A stretch of DNA of 64,000 nt. It comes from Gonapodya sp. JEL0774. Lineage: Eukaryota. The notes beneath the pieces were generated by a model that saw only the letters and a program-made list of their open reading frames with translations, was not told the origin of the DNA and ran no database searches. Below, one piece after another: positions 14,075 to 31,600 of the stretch; the first letter of the stretch is position 1; every line of letters starts with the position of its first letter. The DNA lies in assembly GCA_027604505.1 (NCBI GenBank), contig JADIIX010000010.1, positions 186,001 through 250,000 of the forward strand, in the 5' to 3' direction. The position numbers and the translations under genes were made by a program.

Positions 14075-16010
14075 ATGGGTAAAGACGACTTCCTTACCCC
14101 AAAGGTAAGGCGCCTTTTGAGCTTGTCTCGTAGTGGGTCCCTAGACTCTCTATGTTATTTTCTCACCATAACTCCGGACCGTTCTGTCCTGTCGGTGTTC
14201 CAGGCAATCGCCAATCGCATCAAGGCCAAAGGCCTCGGAAAACTCCGATGGTACTGTCAGATGTGTGAAAAGCAATGCAGAGACGAGAACGGGTTCAGGG
14301 TGAGTGTTAAGAACACGCTTCTTGAGCAATCGGACAGGACAAGTTTGCTTCTTGGGGGTCGCTTGTCCCAGTTTCGTCGATTTGTTTCTTCTGTGAAAGT
14401 ATGAATGCGGGAAGAGCTATGGCATTTCGAAGCAGCCAATGTTGGACGGGATGACAGGCGGTCGGCGAACCAACAGAAGTATTCGATGGTTGTTTACACC
14501 AGCAATGGATCCATCGCCAAAATGCAGCGACTTGGGAGTTGTGGATATTTTTGTGGATTGTGGGATAGGACGTGGTGGAATCCCGCTGTTGGAAGAATTC
14601 TTTTATTCACTTCCTATGTTCGTCATTTGTTTTCGTTCATCCAACTGCTAGTGTCACTGCGCCTCTGAAGCCCACCAACGGCAAATGCAACTTTTCGCTG
14701 AGACACCTGAGCGTTATCTCAGCATGTACTCCCAAGAGTTCTTGGACGACTTTCTCAAGCTCCTCTCGCGACGCTTCGGTACTCGCCGTGTCGGTGCCAA
14801 TCAGGTTTACCAGGAGTATATTCAGGATAAGCACCACCTTCACATGAATGCGACTAAGTGGAACACCCTGTCAGAGTTTGTCAAGTGGATGGGTCGTGAG
14901 GGAATCTGTGAGGTTGAAGAATCTCCAAAAGGCTGGTTCATTAAGTGGATTGACCGGCGGCCTGAGACTCTGGCTCGACAGGAGGCGGAGAAAGCTAAAG
15001 CACGCGCTGAAAAGTCAGAGGAAGAGCGAGCAGCAAAACAACTTCAGGTGCAAATTGAAAAGGCGAAGGAAGCTTTAGAGAGCGTGAGCACAGGGGACCG
15101 GGAGGCCTCGGAGTTGGTCCGGGAGAGCGAAGAGACAACCATCAAGCTTGAGCTCAAGGCTGCTCCGTCCTTCTTTGCTAAACCAATAAAACCGGAGGTC
15201 AGGAAACCCAACGCCCTCTCCGTCCTCGCGAAGAAGTCGACCCCCGCTCCTTCCGTTTCTGGTGATACCGCTTCTAGTACGTCCACCGCTCCCCCGTCGT
15301 ATGGGTCGTCTGCTGGTCCCTCTCTCTCGTTCCCTGCGCCCGCCGTCAAGAAGGTTTCTGCACTCGAGGAGATCCTCCTTGCTGAGAAACGGAAACGCGA
15401 GCGTGCCTCCAATATTTCAGGTGGAGGTAGCTCAGTCGGAGCGTTTGCCAATGGTCGCCCTCGTTTTTCTGATCCCCCGAGTTCCCGTGCACCAAACAAT
15501 CGATGGAATGACCAAACCCGGGACCATGATGATAAACGTGAAAATCAACGGTTATCGAAGGTCACTGAAAGTTTTTCTGAGCAGTGGACTGACCATTTCC
15601 AGGAACGCGGTGGCGGGGAACGGGAAAGCTGGCGCGGACCCGTGGACAACGAGACCGAGGAACGCGGGGACCGCCGGAACCGAGAGCGGAAGCGCGGGCG
15701 GTCCAACTCGTGGTCTAGGTCGCCTCCTCGCAAGAGAAAGCAAGAAATTGACGAGAACGCTAATGATCGGGAAGTGGACGGGCGGCAACGGCTGGGCAGG
15801 CGGTATGAGCGAGAACTTTCGGGTTACGGCAAGGACCGCCACGATGACATAGGGAAGGGTAGGGAGCGTGGGCGGATCAATGTGGCGGAGGAAGAGCGAT
15901 ACAAGAGGCGCGAAAAGGATAGAGGGGAGCGGAGGAGCCCGGAGCGATGGGATAGAGACAGGTCTCCTGTTGGGAGGGGTGGATCGGACGAGGAAGTTGG
16001 TCGGAGGTGA
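14075..16010 (+). CDS. KIN17: KIN17/Rts2 zinc-finger/winged-helix DNA/RNA-binding protein
   Basis: MGKDDFLTPK|AIANRIKAKGLGKLRWYCQMCEKQCRDENGFR|CHCASEAHQRQM; NQVYQEYIQDKHHLHMNATKW. Confidence 0.95.
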
Positions 16011-16143
16011 AGACATGTGCATGCGTAGTACTTAGTAGTAAATCCCCTGATTTCTCAATGTTGGGACGAAATAATTGTTTGTGACGCATTATTCTATGCT
16101 TTGGGGATGGCTGTTGAACCCAGCTGAAATATCCGTGGAACTC

Positions 16144-17210
16144 ATGGACCAGATATCATCAACAGATCTCGAAAACACCCACGTTCACAGAGTGTACGAT
16201 GCCATCGCACCTCATTTCAGTGACACTCGATACAAGGTTGATCTTGCTCTTCAAGGACGAAAGCAATCCTCATGTTGACAGTTAATCTTTCCAGCCTTGG
16301 CCAGTCGTGGAACGATTCCTCAGAGCATTCCCTGAGGATTCTCTCGGTGCCGATGTAGGATGTGGAAACGGAAAGTACATGGGAGTCAATAAGAAGTTGT
16401 ACATAATGGGTTCCGATAGGTGAGATCTGAGGAGCACTGTTTCGAGGCTTGCAAACAACATCAACCTGACTTTCCTACAGGAGCTTTAACCTCAGTAAGA
16501 TTACGCATGGTCGAGGCTTTGAATGCCTCGTATGCGACAATCTTACCTTACCGTACAGGGACTGTTGCTTTGTGAGTTTCATCGCTCACGCTTCTGGCCG
16601 AGGACGGGCATCCGAGACCATTATTTGATGCATGCAAAGCCCAGGATTTTGCTCTCTCGATTGCTGTGATTCATCATCTGGCTACAGAGGAGCGTCGCAT
16701 TCTTGCTGTAAAGGTGATTGCTGTGACAGGAAACCAGACCAACCGCAAGTACTATATGGCTGATTTGTTCGGGGAAATCATTGCAGGAGCTTGTCAGAGT
16801 CCTGAAACCGGGCGGTAGGATGCTAGTATTTGTCTGGGCGTTTGAGCAGCAGGTACGAATCGCACAACCACTTCGCAAGTTCTTCGATCTCAAGTGCTCG
16901 CCACCTCCATTAGGGCCGTCGAAAATTTGAAAAGCAAGACGTTTTTGTTTCATGGAGCCTTCCGAAAAATCGCTACCCTTCCGTTGCCAATGTGGGAGAT
17001 CCCCAGGACTCGGAAACAATACCAATTATTGGAGAAAGCGTCGAACCACACGAGAATGTGATTTACAATCGTTATTATCATTTATTCGTGAAGGGTGAAC
17101 TGGATGGACTTTTCAATGTGGCCGGAGGTGTTACTATCGAGGAATCAGGCTACGACAGAGACAATTGGTTTGTCATAGCGCAAAAGCAATCGTCAACGAA
17201 CGTCAACTAA
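16144..17210 (+). CDS. TRM9: tRNA (carboxymethyluridine-34) methyltransferase TRM9/ALKBH8-MT domain
   Basis: HVHRVYDAIAPHFSDTRYK|PWPVVERFL; GADVGCGNGKY; SIAVIHHLAT; YNRYYHLFVKGEL; YDRDNW. Confidence 0.9.
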
Positions 17211-17220
17211 CTGAGATGGT

Positions 17221-17465
17221 GCAAGCTGGAGTAACTTGTGCTATCTGTCGAAGCAAATTTTGATTCCTTTGTTGATCAAAGGTAACTGTAACAACTCAGT
17301 AATAGTGACTTCAATCAGAAAACAATCATGGACGAATGTCAAATTGAGAAGCGGCAAGCTGGAGTAACTTGTACTACATGTCGAACCATTTGTCGAACTT
17401 TTATATTGCTGTGCTGATCAACAGTAGCGGTAACTCCGTAAGCTATAAGAAAAGTGACTTCAATA
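17221..17465 (+). repeat. Diverged tandem duplication (two units about 133 bp apart) downstream of TRM9
   Basis: gcaagctggagtaacttgt at 17221 and 17354, followed in both copies by tgtcgaa, tgatcaa, taact and agtgacttcaat. Confidence 0.75.
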
Positions 17466-18270
17466 CATGCATGTCTTTTATTAGGTCATGGTTGAAATTT
17501 TGTGTAATTGTAGATTGTATGTATGATGTGAGACCAAGATAGAACGAAGGTTTCACAAAGAAATACTCCACTCCGTTGAGTACGGTCACGTTTTATTTTA
17601 TCTTCGCACCGCAATAGATTCGAATCGCAATAGGTTTTGCAGATCGAGTATTCAAGGCGCGTTGAGGCAGTCCATACGTGATGTCCCCATTGTTGCAACA
17701 GAAATATTTCCACTAAAATCGGATTTGCTGACATGCCGTCAGAAAAGTTCTGATTCTAGGTGGGCTATTTCCCTTCAAAAACCTGCTGGGGAAGGAGTCG
17801 CGTCCAAATGACATTTTGCGAGAAATAAAGAAATCTTTGCACACTGAAGTAGGGAATAGCCGCATCAATCCACGGCCTTCCAGGCAATGGTGCAGTCTGG
17901 AGATGACAAGATGTCCCAAGGATTGGGAGAGAAATGATAAGCATGTCCCAAAGAGATCGCATCCCAAAGAAGTCCAGTAATCAAAAGAAGGGACACGTTC
18001 GAGAGGCGGATGCGAGCGGAAAATGTTGAGAGGCATTGGTATTCTGGTATCTCCCGAGTACATGGCATCCCGCTGCACATTCGAAGTTCAGTGGTGATTG
18101 ACGGGAATGTAAGATATCCGAGGAGAGAAAATCAAGCACCAGGCTGAACTGTGCGGCTTCACAAGACGATTATGGCTGAATATGTACAGTTGAAATGCAC
18201 ATTCACACAGGCCGCGTTTATGATGCTAAATAGTAGCGGAAACAATAAGGACTATCTACAATCTAAAACT

Positions 18271-22644
<4,374 letters not shown>

Positions 22645-23430
22645 CGCACGCACTCCGCTGCCGTGTTTGCCTGTTCAGCTGTAGAACGCGCGCTTAAGTT
22701 CCAAGGGCACGCTCAGTGGGAATCCGGCCCTTCCTGATGGTATAAGTGCTTTCCTGATCCTGGCTGTGGTCAACGTTGCCCACCAGTTTGAGAAGTCCAG
22801 TGCTTCTTAAGTCGGCAACCAGCAATCGGACGCTACAGAGCTGGTTGGGCAATACAGCTCCCGCCTAAAGGCTTTACAAGGTGCAGTCAATCGCCGGGTG
22901 GAGCATAATCCTTCAAGTATTTGTTCCGCCCTCCACCGCCCAAGATGCGAGATGCGAATTCAGTATTGTATGGATGTCTGCAAGTGAAGAATGGTCACTC
23001 GTCAGCGATCACGCAATGACTCCTTCACGACCTTCGGACCCAAACAACTGCAGGTCTAACTGAATCCCACACAACCCCTAGTTACGATAATAATAATTAT
23101 GCCGATGTGCACCGTTTATTGAAAGATGTTGATACCGTTTCCCGAGAGGCCCAGCAATTGGATCGAGTGTTTGTAACTGGTCAATTGTTGCACTCCGGGA
23201 TGACGTTTCCTCCCCAACTCAATCCACCGTCGTACTCGTCAAATTTTTCCCATCCTTTCCACTCTCCGTGCATTCTCACCCATTGTGTTTCGTTTTTTGT
23301 TCCGTCTGTGTCGTCTGTCCCTTCCCTGCTCCTTTCATCCCTATCGTTTCATTTTCTTGTCACGCCCCCTTCATTTGCCAACCATTAGTCCTCGCTTTCC
23401 TTCTTTACCCTTGATCCGGGACCACTTATC

Positions 23431-26016
23431 ATGTTTAATGCAAGCAGCGCAAGTAGCTTGCCCTTTTCCTCCTCCCTGCACACGCTCCTCCCGCCAGCAT
23501 CATCTCCGGACGAGCATCGTTTTAACACCGTCGCATACGCTCAAAACAATCATGGTGAAGCTTCGCACAAGTTACGTGCTTTTGATCGATCAACATATAA
23601 CATCGTACGCTCCTTTTATAACCCGCCGGACGGGGGCGGTCATGAATATGTTCCAACTGACCACACACCACTACAAACACACCCCCTACCATCAGATCTT
23701 TTCCTCTCCGTCCCCGCGCCCTCGCCGCCTCTCCAACCCTCCCCACAACGCTTTTGGGCCGCCTCCATTCTTGCACAGGCAATGCAATCCGCCGCCACGG
23801 TGCCCTTCTCACCGACTCCAGGAGTACCAATGCCACTTCCCTCACACCTGCAACTCGCGCCCACCACCCCGAACACACCTACCACGGAGCGCGATCTCGT
23901 TTCGACCACAATCACCACTGCCACAACCGAGAACGATACTGCCACAGCAGCAGACTTCTCCCACCCTTCCCACCCTGCGTTCCTTGCCGATCACTTCCCC
24001 CAAATGAACACAGGTACCGGCACTTCCCGCATACATAACAAAGTGCATCGCGTGCTCCCCACCGAGCCGGTGCTGGACATTGTCGTCACACCCAGATACC
24101 CGCCTATCCCCTATGTTCCGTCCGCCATGTTCCCCACTCCGACCTTCCTCCCGCATCCCCATTTATTCTCTCACATGCCAGTGCCTCTGCCCTTGCCCCT
24201 CCCGCTCCCTCTCCCCCCACCCGCGCCGACGCACCTCACCCACACCCACACTGGACCTCTGCCGGATCCAGTCCTGTTCCTCAACGACGCAAAGACGTGG
24301 CGGACGCTGCACAAGCGGGGTAACGAGGTGAAAGTGGGGCGGGCAGCGCGGTATGTAGGTGCGGTATCGTGTACTTGGGAGACCAATTCTTCTTTGAGCT
24401 TCGGGGGTTTGTTTTGCGGTTGTTTGTTCGTTTTGGTTTAATGTGTGTGGTTTATGCAGTGGGGATTGGGATGATGCCCACATGGACGCTGAGCACCGGA
24501 CGCCAAAAACTCCGGTTCAAAAGATCCAGCGTGATGATCTCAATAACCCGGCTGCAATTGAGCAACTGCTGCGACGTGATTTTAAATTCCTCATTGTTGA
24601 CTACACGAATACTGACGAACGGCCATATATCCGTTTGTCCACTTGAGTTCCCCTTCTGACTACTCGCCAATCCCCATTCCCCTTCCCCCTTCCCCCCCTT
24701 CCTCATCCATGTCCACGCTAGCCCTCTCCTTCCCCCCCTCCGCTTCACCCCTGCCAACCTCCACCCACACTGCATATACTCGCTGAGTATGGACATGCAC
24801 CTCGCAGAGGGGGAGCCCGTGGCGTACCACGTTGCGGGATCAAGATCTGCGCGGGCGGCGGGCTATGGGGATGTAATCAATGGGGACACATACACGGGTG
24901 CGGGTGGGTCCATAGATGTGGGTGGTGATGTGGAGGGAGCCCAGGTGGAGCCCTTAGGGTGGTTGACGAGACGGGAAGCGTTGTTGCGGGGGGTTGAGTG
25001 GAGTGGAAGTGGAGTCTGGGCGAGCGTAAGGGTGAACTGCGAGCCGGGGGGGAAGGTAGACGGGGTGGACGAGAGGTTGGGTGCGGGAGCGGAGCACGGT
25101 GGGATTGGTGGCTGGGACGTAGCAGGATACGGTGATTGGTTCGACCCGAACGTGGCCCAATCGATCGCGCTCGCAAGATACTTGTCGGAGAAATCGTACA
25201 CACACCCAGATGGATGCATGCGGGGGGAATCGTGGATGGTGAGAAGAATCGGGGATCGTGCCGAGGGAACTGACAGAAGTGCCAAGGGTACTCACCCCCT
25301 TTGTTCCCCCTCCCCCGATCCATTCACACTGCACCACACACCAATCGACTAACGGTGCCCCACAACGGGAATTTCTCGACCCTACTATTGGAAAAGATCC
25401 GCCCCATTTCGTTCCCCTCGCTGGGCATCTTGGACGGCACCACTGTACACGGCGCCTCTACCGATGCACCCCACACGCTCGACTCAGTGTTCCCGCTGGT
25501 TCCCAATTTCAGGTACATTCCCAGAATACACTTGGTCGAGCATACAGACGGTGGAGGGAAAGTGATCAGAACGTGTTTGTTGTGAGTGGGGGGTGGGGGG
25601 ATGTTATGCGCGCGCACCTCACAGAATGAACATTCACGATTCCGATCGCCACCACGGATCCCCTCTGGGGGTTGGTGACGAATGCCGTTGTATCAAAACA
25701 ACTCACCCACAACATCGCAAGCGCTGAAACCGCCTTTGTGGCCGTCACCAAGTACACGGACCAGATAAAACTCGTCAAACGGCGGCTCAAGGAAGCTCTT
25801 GCCGGACTCCCTCTCTCCTCCGTACCAAACACGGCCATTGCCACGGCAACGACAGCATCCACATCCACTCCGCAGGCGGCACAGACAGAGACAGCACTCT
25901 CGATTGTGCAGATCGGAGCGGGACCTCGGCGAAGACATACTCACGGTGATGGTGAGGAGGAGAAAGGGGCGAGAAAGAGGAGGAAGGGCGAGAGGCGAAG
26001 GGAAAGCAAAGGGTAA
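23431..26016 (+). CDS. Uncharacterised protein: Pro/Thr-rich N-terminus, possible divergent START/Bet v1-like domain
   Basis: ORFs 23431-24350, about 24459-24640, 24789-25290, about 25350-25580 and about 25626-26016; motifs TWRTLHKRGNEVKV, PLGWLTRREALLR, GCMRGESWMV and GSPLGLVTNAVVSKQ loosely resemble START. Confidence 0.5.
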
Positions 26017-26441
26017 CGGGAAGATTGAGAGACAGGAAGAAGAGAATGCAAAGTCGAGGGGTTTTGTGGGGGTATGACCTTGCTTAAACCAGTCATTTGA
26101 AACTCGATGCACTCAGTTCTTCGATCTGACGACCACCACCATGGTAACAGTGCCCAAACTTAAAAAAAATAATACTGAACTGTTCTTTGTTACTTCATTA
26201 CAAAAGCATTTGAGGATCTTTGGATACCGGCCACTCCTTCCTACACTTCCGCAGGGGCTGGACCTAAAACCCACGTTCCAAGGATGTGATGCGTTCAAAC
26301 TTGAAGTTTTGCGTACGTGCGGTGGATCTATGAGTACAATAATGTGTGGTTTGAACTCGAGTCTCCCTCCTAATCACTCCCAGGCGCATCCTTCCTGGTC
26401 TAATCTCTCTCGCCTCCGCTCCCACTCCGTTCCCGTGATGG

Positions 26442-27447
<1,006 letters not shown>

Positions 27448-28609
27448 TTAGAATAAATTTCAGAGGGAGGAAAGGGAGTGCAGATAGCGGATGTGGGAAT
27501 ATCCCAATGAATCTGAAAGGACGTTTGGTGGGGAATTGGATGGTTCAGATCCCGGCAGGTATCCGGCAAGGCAAGACAAGGACGGGGTAGGTAAATGAAT
27601 GACAAGGAGAAGAGATGCAGAATGAGATGACGGTGATCGGGGGAGAAGCGTCGCGGGGATGATAAGTCGATGAGCCACAGGAGGGATGATTCGGACAGAG
27701 CGGGCAGCGGGGGATTTGAATAAGCACACGATGGACGAAGCGTCGATGGGTGAATTTGGGAATATGGGTTAACAGCTTCTCACCTGAGGGTGGAAAGGCG
27801 AGTGGATAGTGTTGGATCACTGGCTCTGTTGAAATGCGAATGTGATGACCCCGTTTCACAGACCACAGCGCTCATCCCGGTTATCCTGAGCATACTCATT
27901 CCACTGTTCACGGTCAATAGTTGAGTCCTATCAATTGCATGCAAATATGTACGTCTTGTTGGCGTGTGCCGATCTTTGCTCAAAGCCCATTCAAACATGT
28001 ACTCCACAAAGATATTTTCAATTTACCGGCATCTACAAATATTCAACGCATTGTTTTCCTCCTGCTGTGGATGAGGGTCAGTGCCAGTCGATTTCGTTTA
28101 GCGCCACCAACCATCTGTGAGTTGTGAACCGCGGCAGACAATTCCTGTCCTCATCCCACACATCTTCCCCCAAGAAATCGCCTGGTTCACCTGGTTTTTG
28201 CGAAATCCTCGACTAAAAGGCAGGGAACTTCCTTTTGTACCATCATTGGCGACCGTGAATTCTTCCGCGGGACGTGTGTCAGCACGAGATCGGAATCAGC
28301 TGTCCCCCATTCGACTTATTCGACTGAGGAGTCCACCACAACAGGTGTTTTGGCTCATTAGCAACATCAGAAGTAGAAACAAACACTTTCCCCATGCTCA
28401 CACCCTGCCACTTTTCTTGAGCTGCATCACCAATGTTCTCCTTTTCCAACCAACCTGACAGTCGAACATCTGGACCTGCTGATGTCTATGCACCATCAGG
28501 AGGCGTGTTTGCAGTGCCAAACAACGGGAAAGTGCGAATTACAGCATCTCGATATGCGGACTTTCTGGGTTCGTGGATTGCATGATCGCTTGCTTCTCCC
28601 TGTCAACCG

Positions 28610-31600
28610 TTGTCGACAGTTTTCCGCCCCGTTCCAGGCTATCGAATCTACGAAAAGATTGATGAAACCCCTAATGCGAGTGTGTTTAAAGCTCTGCGGA
28701 TGACGGACAGCAAGCCTGTCATCTTGAAGGCCCTGGACAAGGACTTTCCAACCATTGAAGACCTCCAGCGGTATCGAGCTGAGTTTCACCTCCTCAGCCT
28801 CGCGAGCCACATACCCGGAGTCATTACTGCTATAGCACTGGAGACTTTCAAGAATGACTTAACGGCCATGGTTCTTGAGGACATTGGAGGCCCTTCCATC
28901 TGGCAGTGGATGGTGGGACATGGTCTGGAAACTGCATCCGTGGGCAACGCCCACGACGACCTTGACGACGCTAGAAGTCACCTCGAGGGGGACGTACCAC
29001 TGTCAAAGTTGCCGGTGGAAGAGGTGATGCGGATTGGACTGGTACTCGGGAGGACCCTGGCGGACTTGCACGAAATACCCATCATTCACAAGGATGTCAC
29101 ACCTCAGGTGGGTAACATGGCAGGCGATAAAGCCAGGAAGTTTTCAAGCGGCTTGTGCCGTCCTTGGCGATGGTAATTTTTGGCTCTTTGTTTGTCCCGT
29201 ACATAGAATGTCATCTGGAATCCGCAAACGGGCGAAGTCCGCCTCATTGACTTTGCTCTCGCCTTTCACGGGCGAATGGAGCGACCCTATGAAATGCAGG
29301 GTACCATGGCTTGGATTCCGCCGGAGCAGACGGCACGGATCAATAGGAATGTGGATCGGAGAAGGTGAGAAAGCGAATACTTCCGGGACAGACGCAGAAA
29401 CAAGCGTTTTTTCTAATTGATGGAACGTCAACAGCGATCTTTTCGGTCTTGGTGGAACTATGTACACAATGCTTTCCGGCCGAACTCCGTATGGCACTTC
29501 GGATCCCCTTGAGTTGCTCCATTGTGTTATGGCACTCGACCCGCCCCCCCTTACTGACGGAAAAGTACCTTCAATGTTAGCCAAAGTTGTGATGAAACTT
29601 CTGAAGAAAGCGCCAGAGGACCGTGTAAGTCTCACTCCCTTTGAAGTGACCAAGGTTGTCCCTACCAGCTCATATCTCACCAAATTGCGATGCACAACAT
29701 GTGAAACATAGTACCAATCTGCTGAGGGCCTGGTTGCAGATCTGGAGTATTCCCTGGAGTGTTATCTACGGGATGGCACTATCCCTGATTTTGAGCTGGG
29801 CGAGTACGACCTTCGAGCTCTCGAAATCCCTTCGAAGCTGTACGGCCGGGAAAATGAAATCCAAGAAATCTACCGATGTTTCGAGGACGTGGCCTCTCGG
29901 AATCAACCAGAGATTCTCATGGTCAGCGGATATTCCGGGATAGGCAAGACAACAATCGTATGGGACGCTATTGCAAACGGCCTGCTCCAGCGCAGAGGGA
30001 ATTTTATAAAGGGGAAGTTCGATCAGATGAGGACTCAACCCTACCATGCTATCTTGAGGGGGTTTGGAGAGTTTTTGAAGGGACTCCTCAGAGAGGAACA
30101 GACTGTTGTTGCCGCTTGGAAACAGCGGTTCGAAAGGGTTCAGACGAGATTATCCACGGTATGTTGCACATCTCTGCTGTATATTTTGCGGGTGCAATGT
30201 GTGGGGCGATGATGATGATGAATCGTTTGGTGTTCCGCCCGATATTCCTAGATAATCGTCGACTTGATTCCGGAACTGTCTTATTTTGTGGACGCTACCA
30301 AAATGGAGAATCTTCCTGCATCTCAGGCGTTGGAGAGATTTTCTATAGCCTTTTTCGAATTCATCATGGTTTTTTTGGAAGAGGATCGACCGCTTGTTTT
30401 GTTTCTGGATGATATGCAGTGGTAAGTTTCTCCCGAGTACCCGCGTGCAACCTACATCTGAGTCCATAAGTATTTTGGAAACAGGGCGGACTTGGCATCA
30501 CTAAAACTCATTGAGATTGTGATGGACAACATCAGCTCGAACCACGTTCTGTACAACTACTCCTCGCATCCATTCCTCTTTATCGGCTCGTATCGTTCCA
30601 ACGAAGTCGGACCAGGGCATCCATTGATGAATTTCTTGGACCGTACTCGAGATACGGGCGAAATTCAAATGGAAACGATCAACTTGCAACCATTGACCAT
30701 GCAAGATGTCGCGTTGATGATCGCCGATACGGTACACAAGCCCGACAACGATCGGGGCCTCTTGGAGCTCGCTAGTACGGTATTCGAGAAGGCTGGTGGT
30801 AATCCGTGAGTTGTTTTTTTAAGATGTTAAGCTTTGACGGTTGAATCACATGTGTGGTATGGTTTGTAGGTTCTACATCAAACAACTACTGACCAAAATG
30901 TACGACGAACGGATGTTCACGCAAGTTTGTGACCGAATTTCGCGAAGATTTGCATGGTCGTGGGACATGACACGCATTCGGACGTTAGGCATTATGGAGA
31001 ATGTTGCAGACATTTTGGTGAAGACTATTCATGACCTTCCGGAGCGGTCACGCGTTTGCCTACAATGGGCAGGATGCTTTGGCACTACTTTCACCCTCGA
31101 AGACCTGTGCGCCATGCTGGAACGGAGCGCGAAGGTGGTGGCTCGAGAGTTGCAAGCTCCCATTGATCGGGGCTTGATTGCTCCAAGGACGTTTTTCAGC
31201 TCTCGAATCACTGACGACATGAATGACGAGACAATCCACCGATTAATAAAGTCCGACAGACCTGGCTACGTGTTCTTGCATGATAAAATTCGACAGGCGG
31301 CTTATTCTATGAACACACCTGAAGAACTAGCCAAAATTCATCTTTCAATCGGTCGCGTGCTTAAGGCCCGATTGGCACTGAGAGACGATCCAGGTGCCGG
31401 AACCGGTGGTCACCAGAAACTCATATTCCAGGTCCTTGACAACTACGCCAAAGGTTTTGATTTGATTAAGGATGAGAGCGAACTTGGAGAATTATCGCAA
31501 CTCAGCTATGAGGCAGGGAAGCAGGCGTGCTCTACCGGAGCATACAATCTTGGTTATCGTTATTTTGCTCGCGCTTTGGAAATCAAGATGAATCTTCGTG

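Noticed and set aside
24850..24990. SRA/YDG-like motif (GYGDVINGDTYTGAGG)
   Set aside because: Other SRA hallmarks (HxxxxxGI, RYDG) are absent; the resemblance is in Gly-rich sequence
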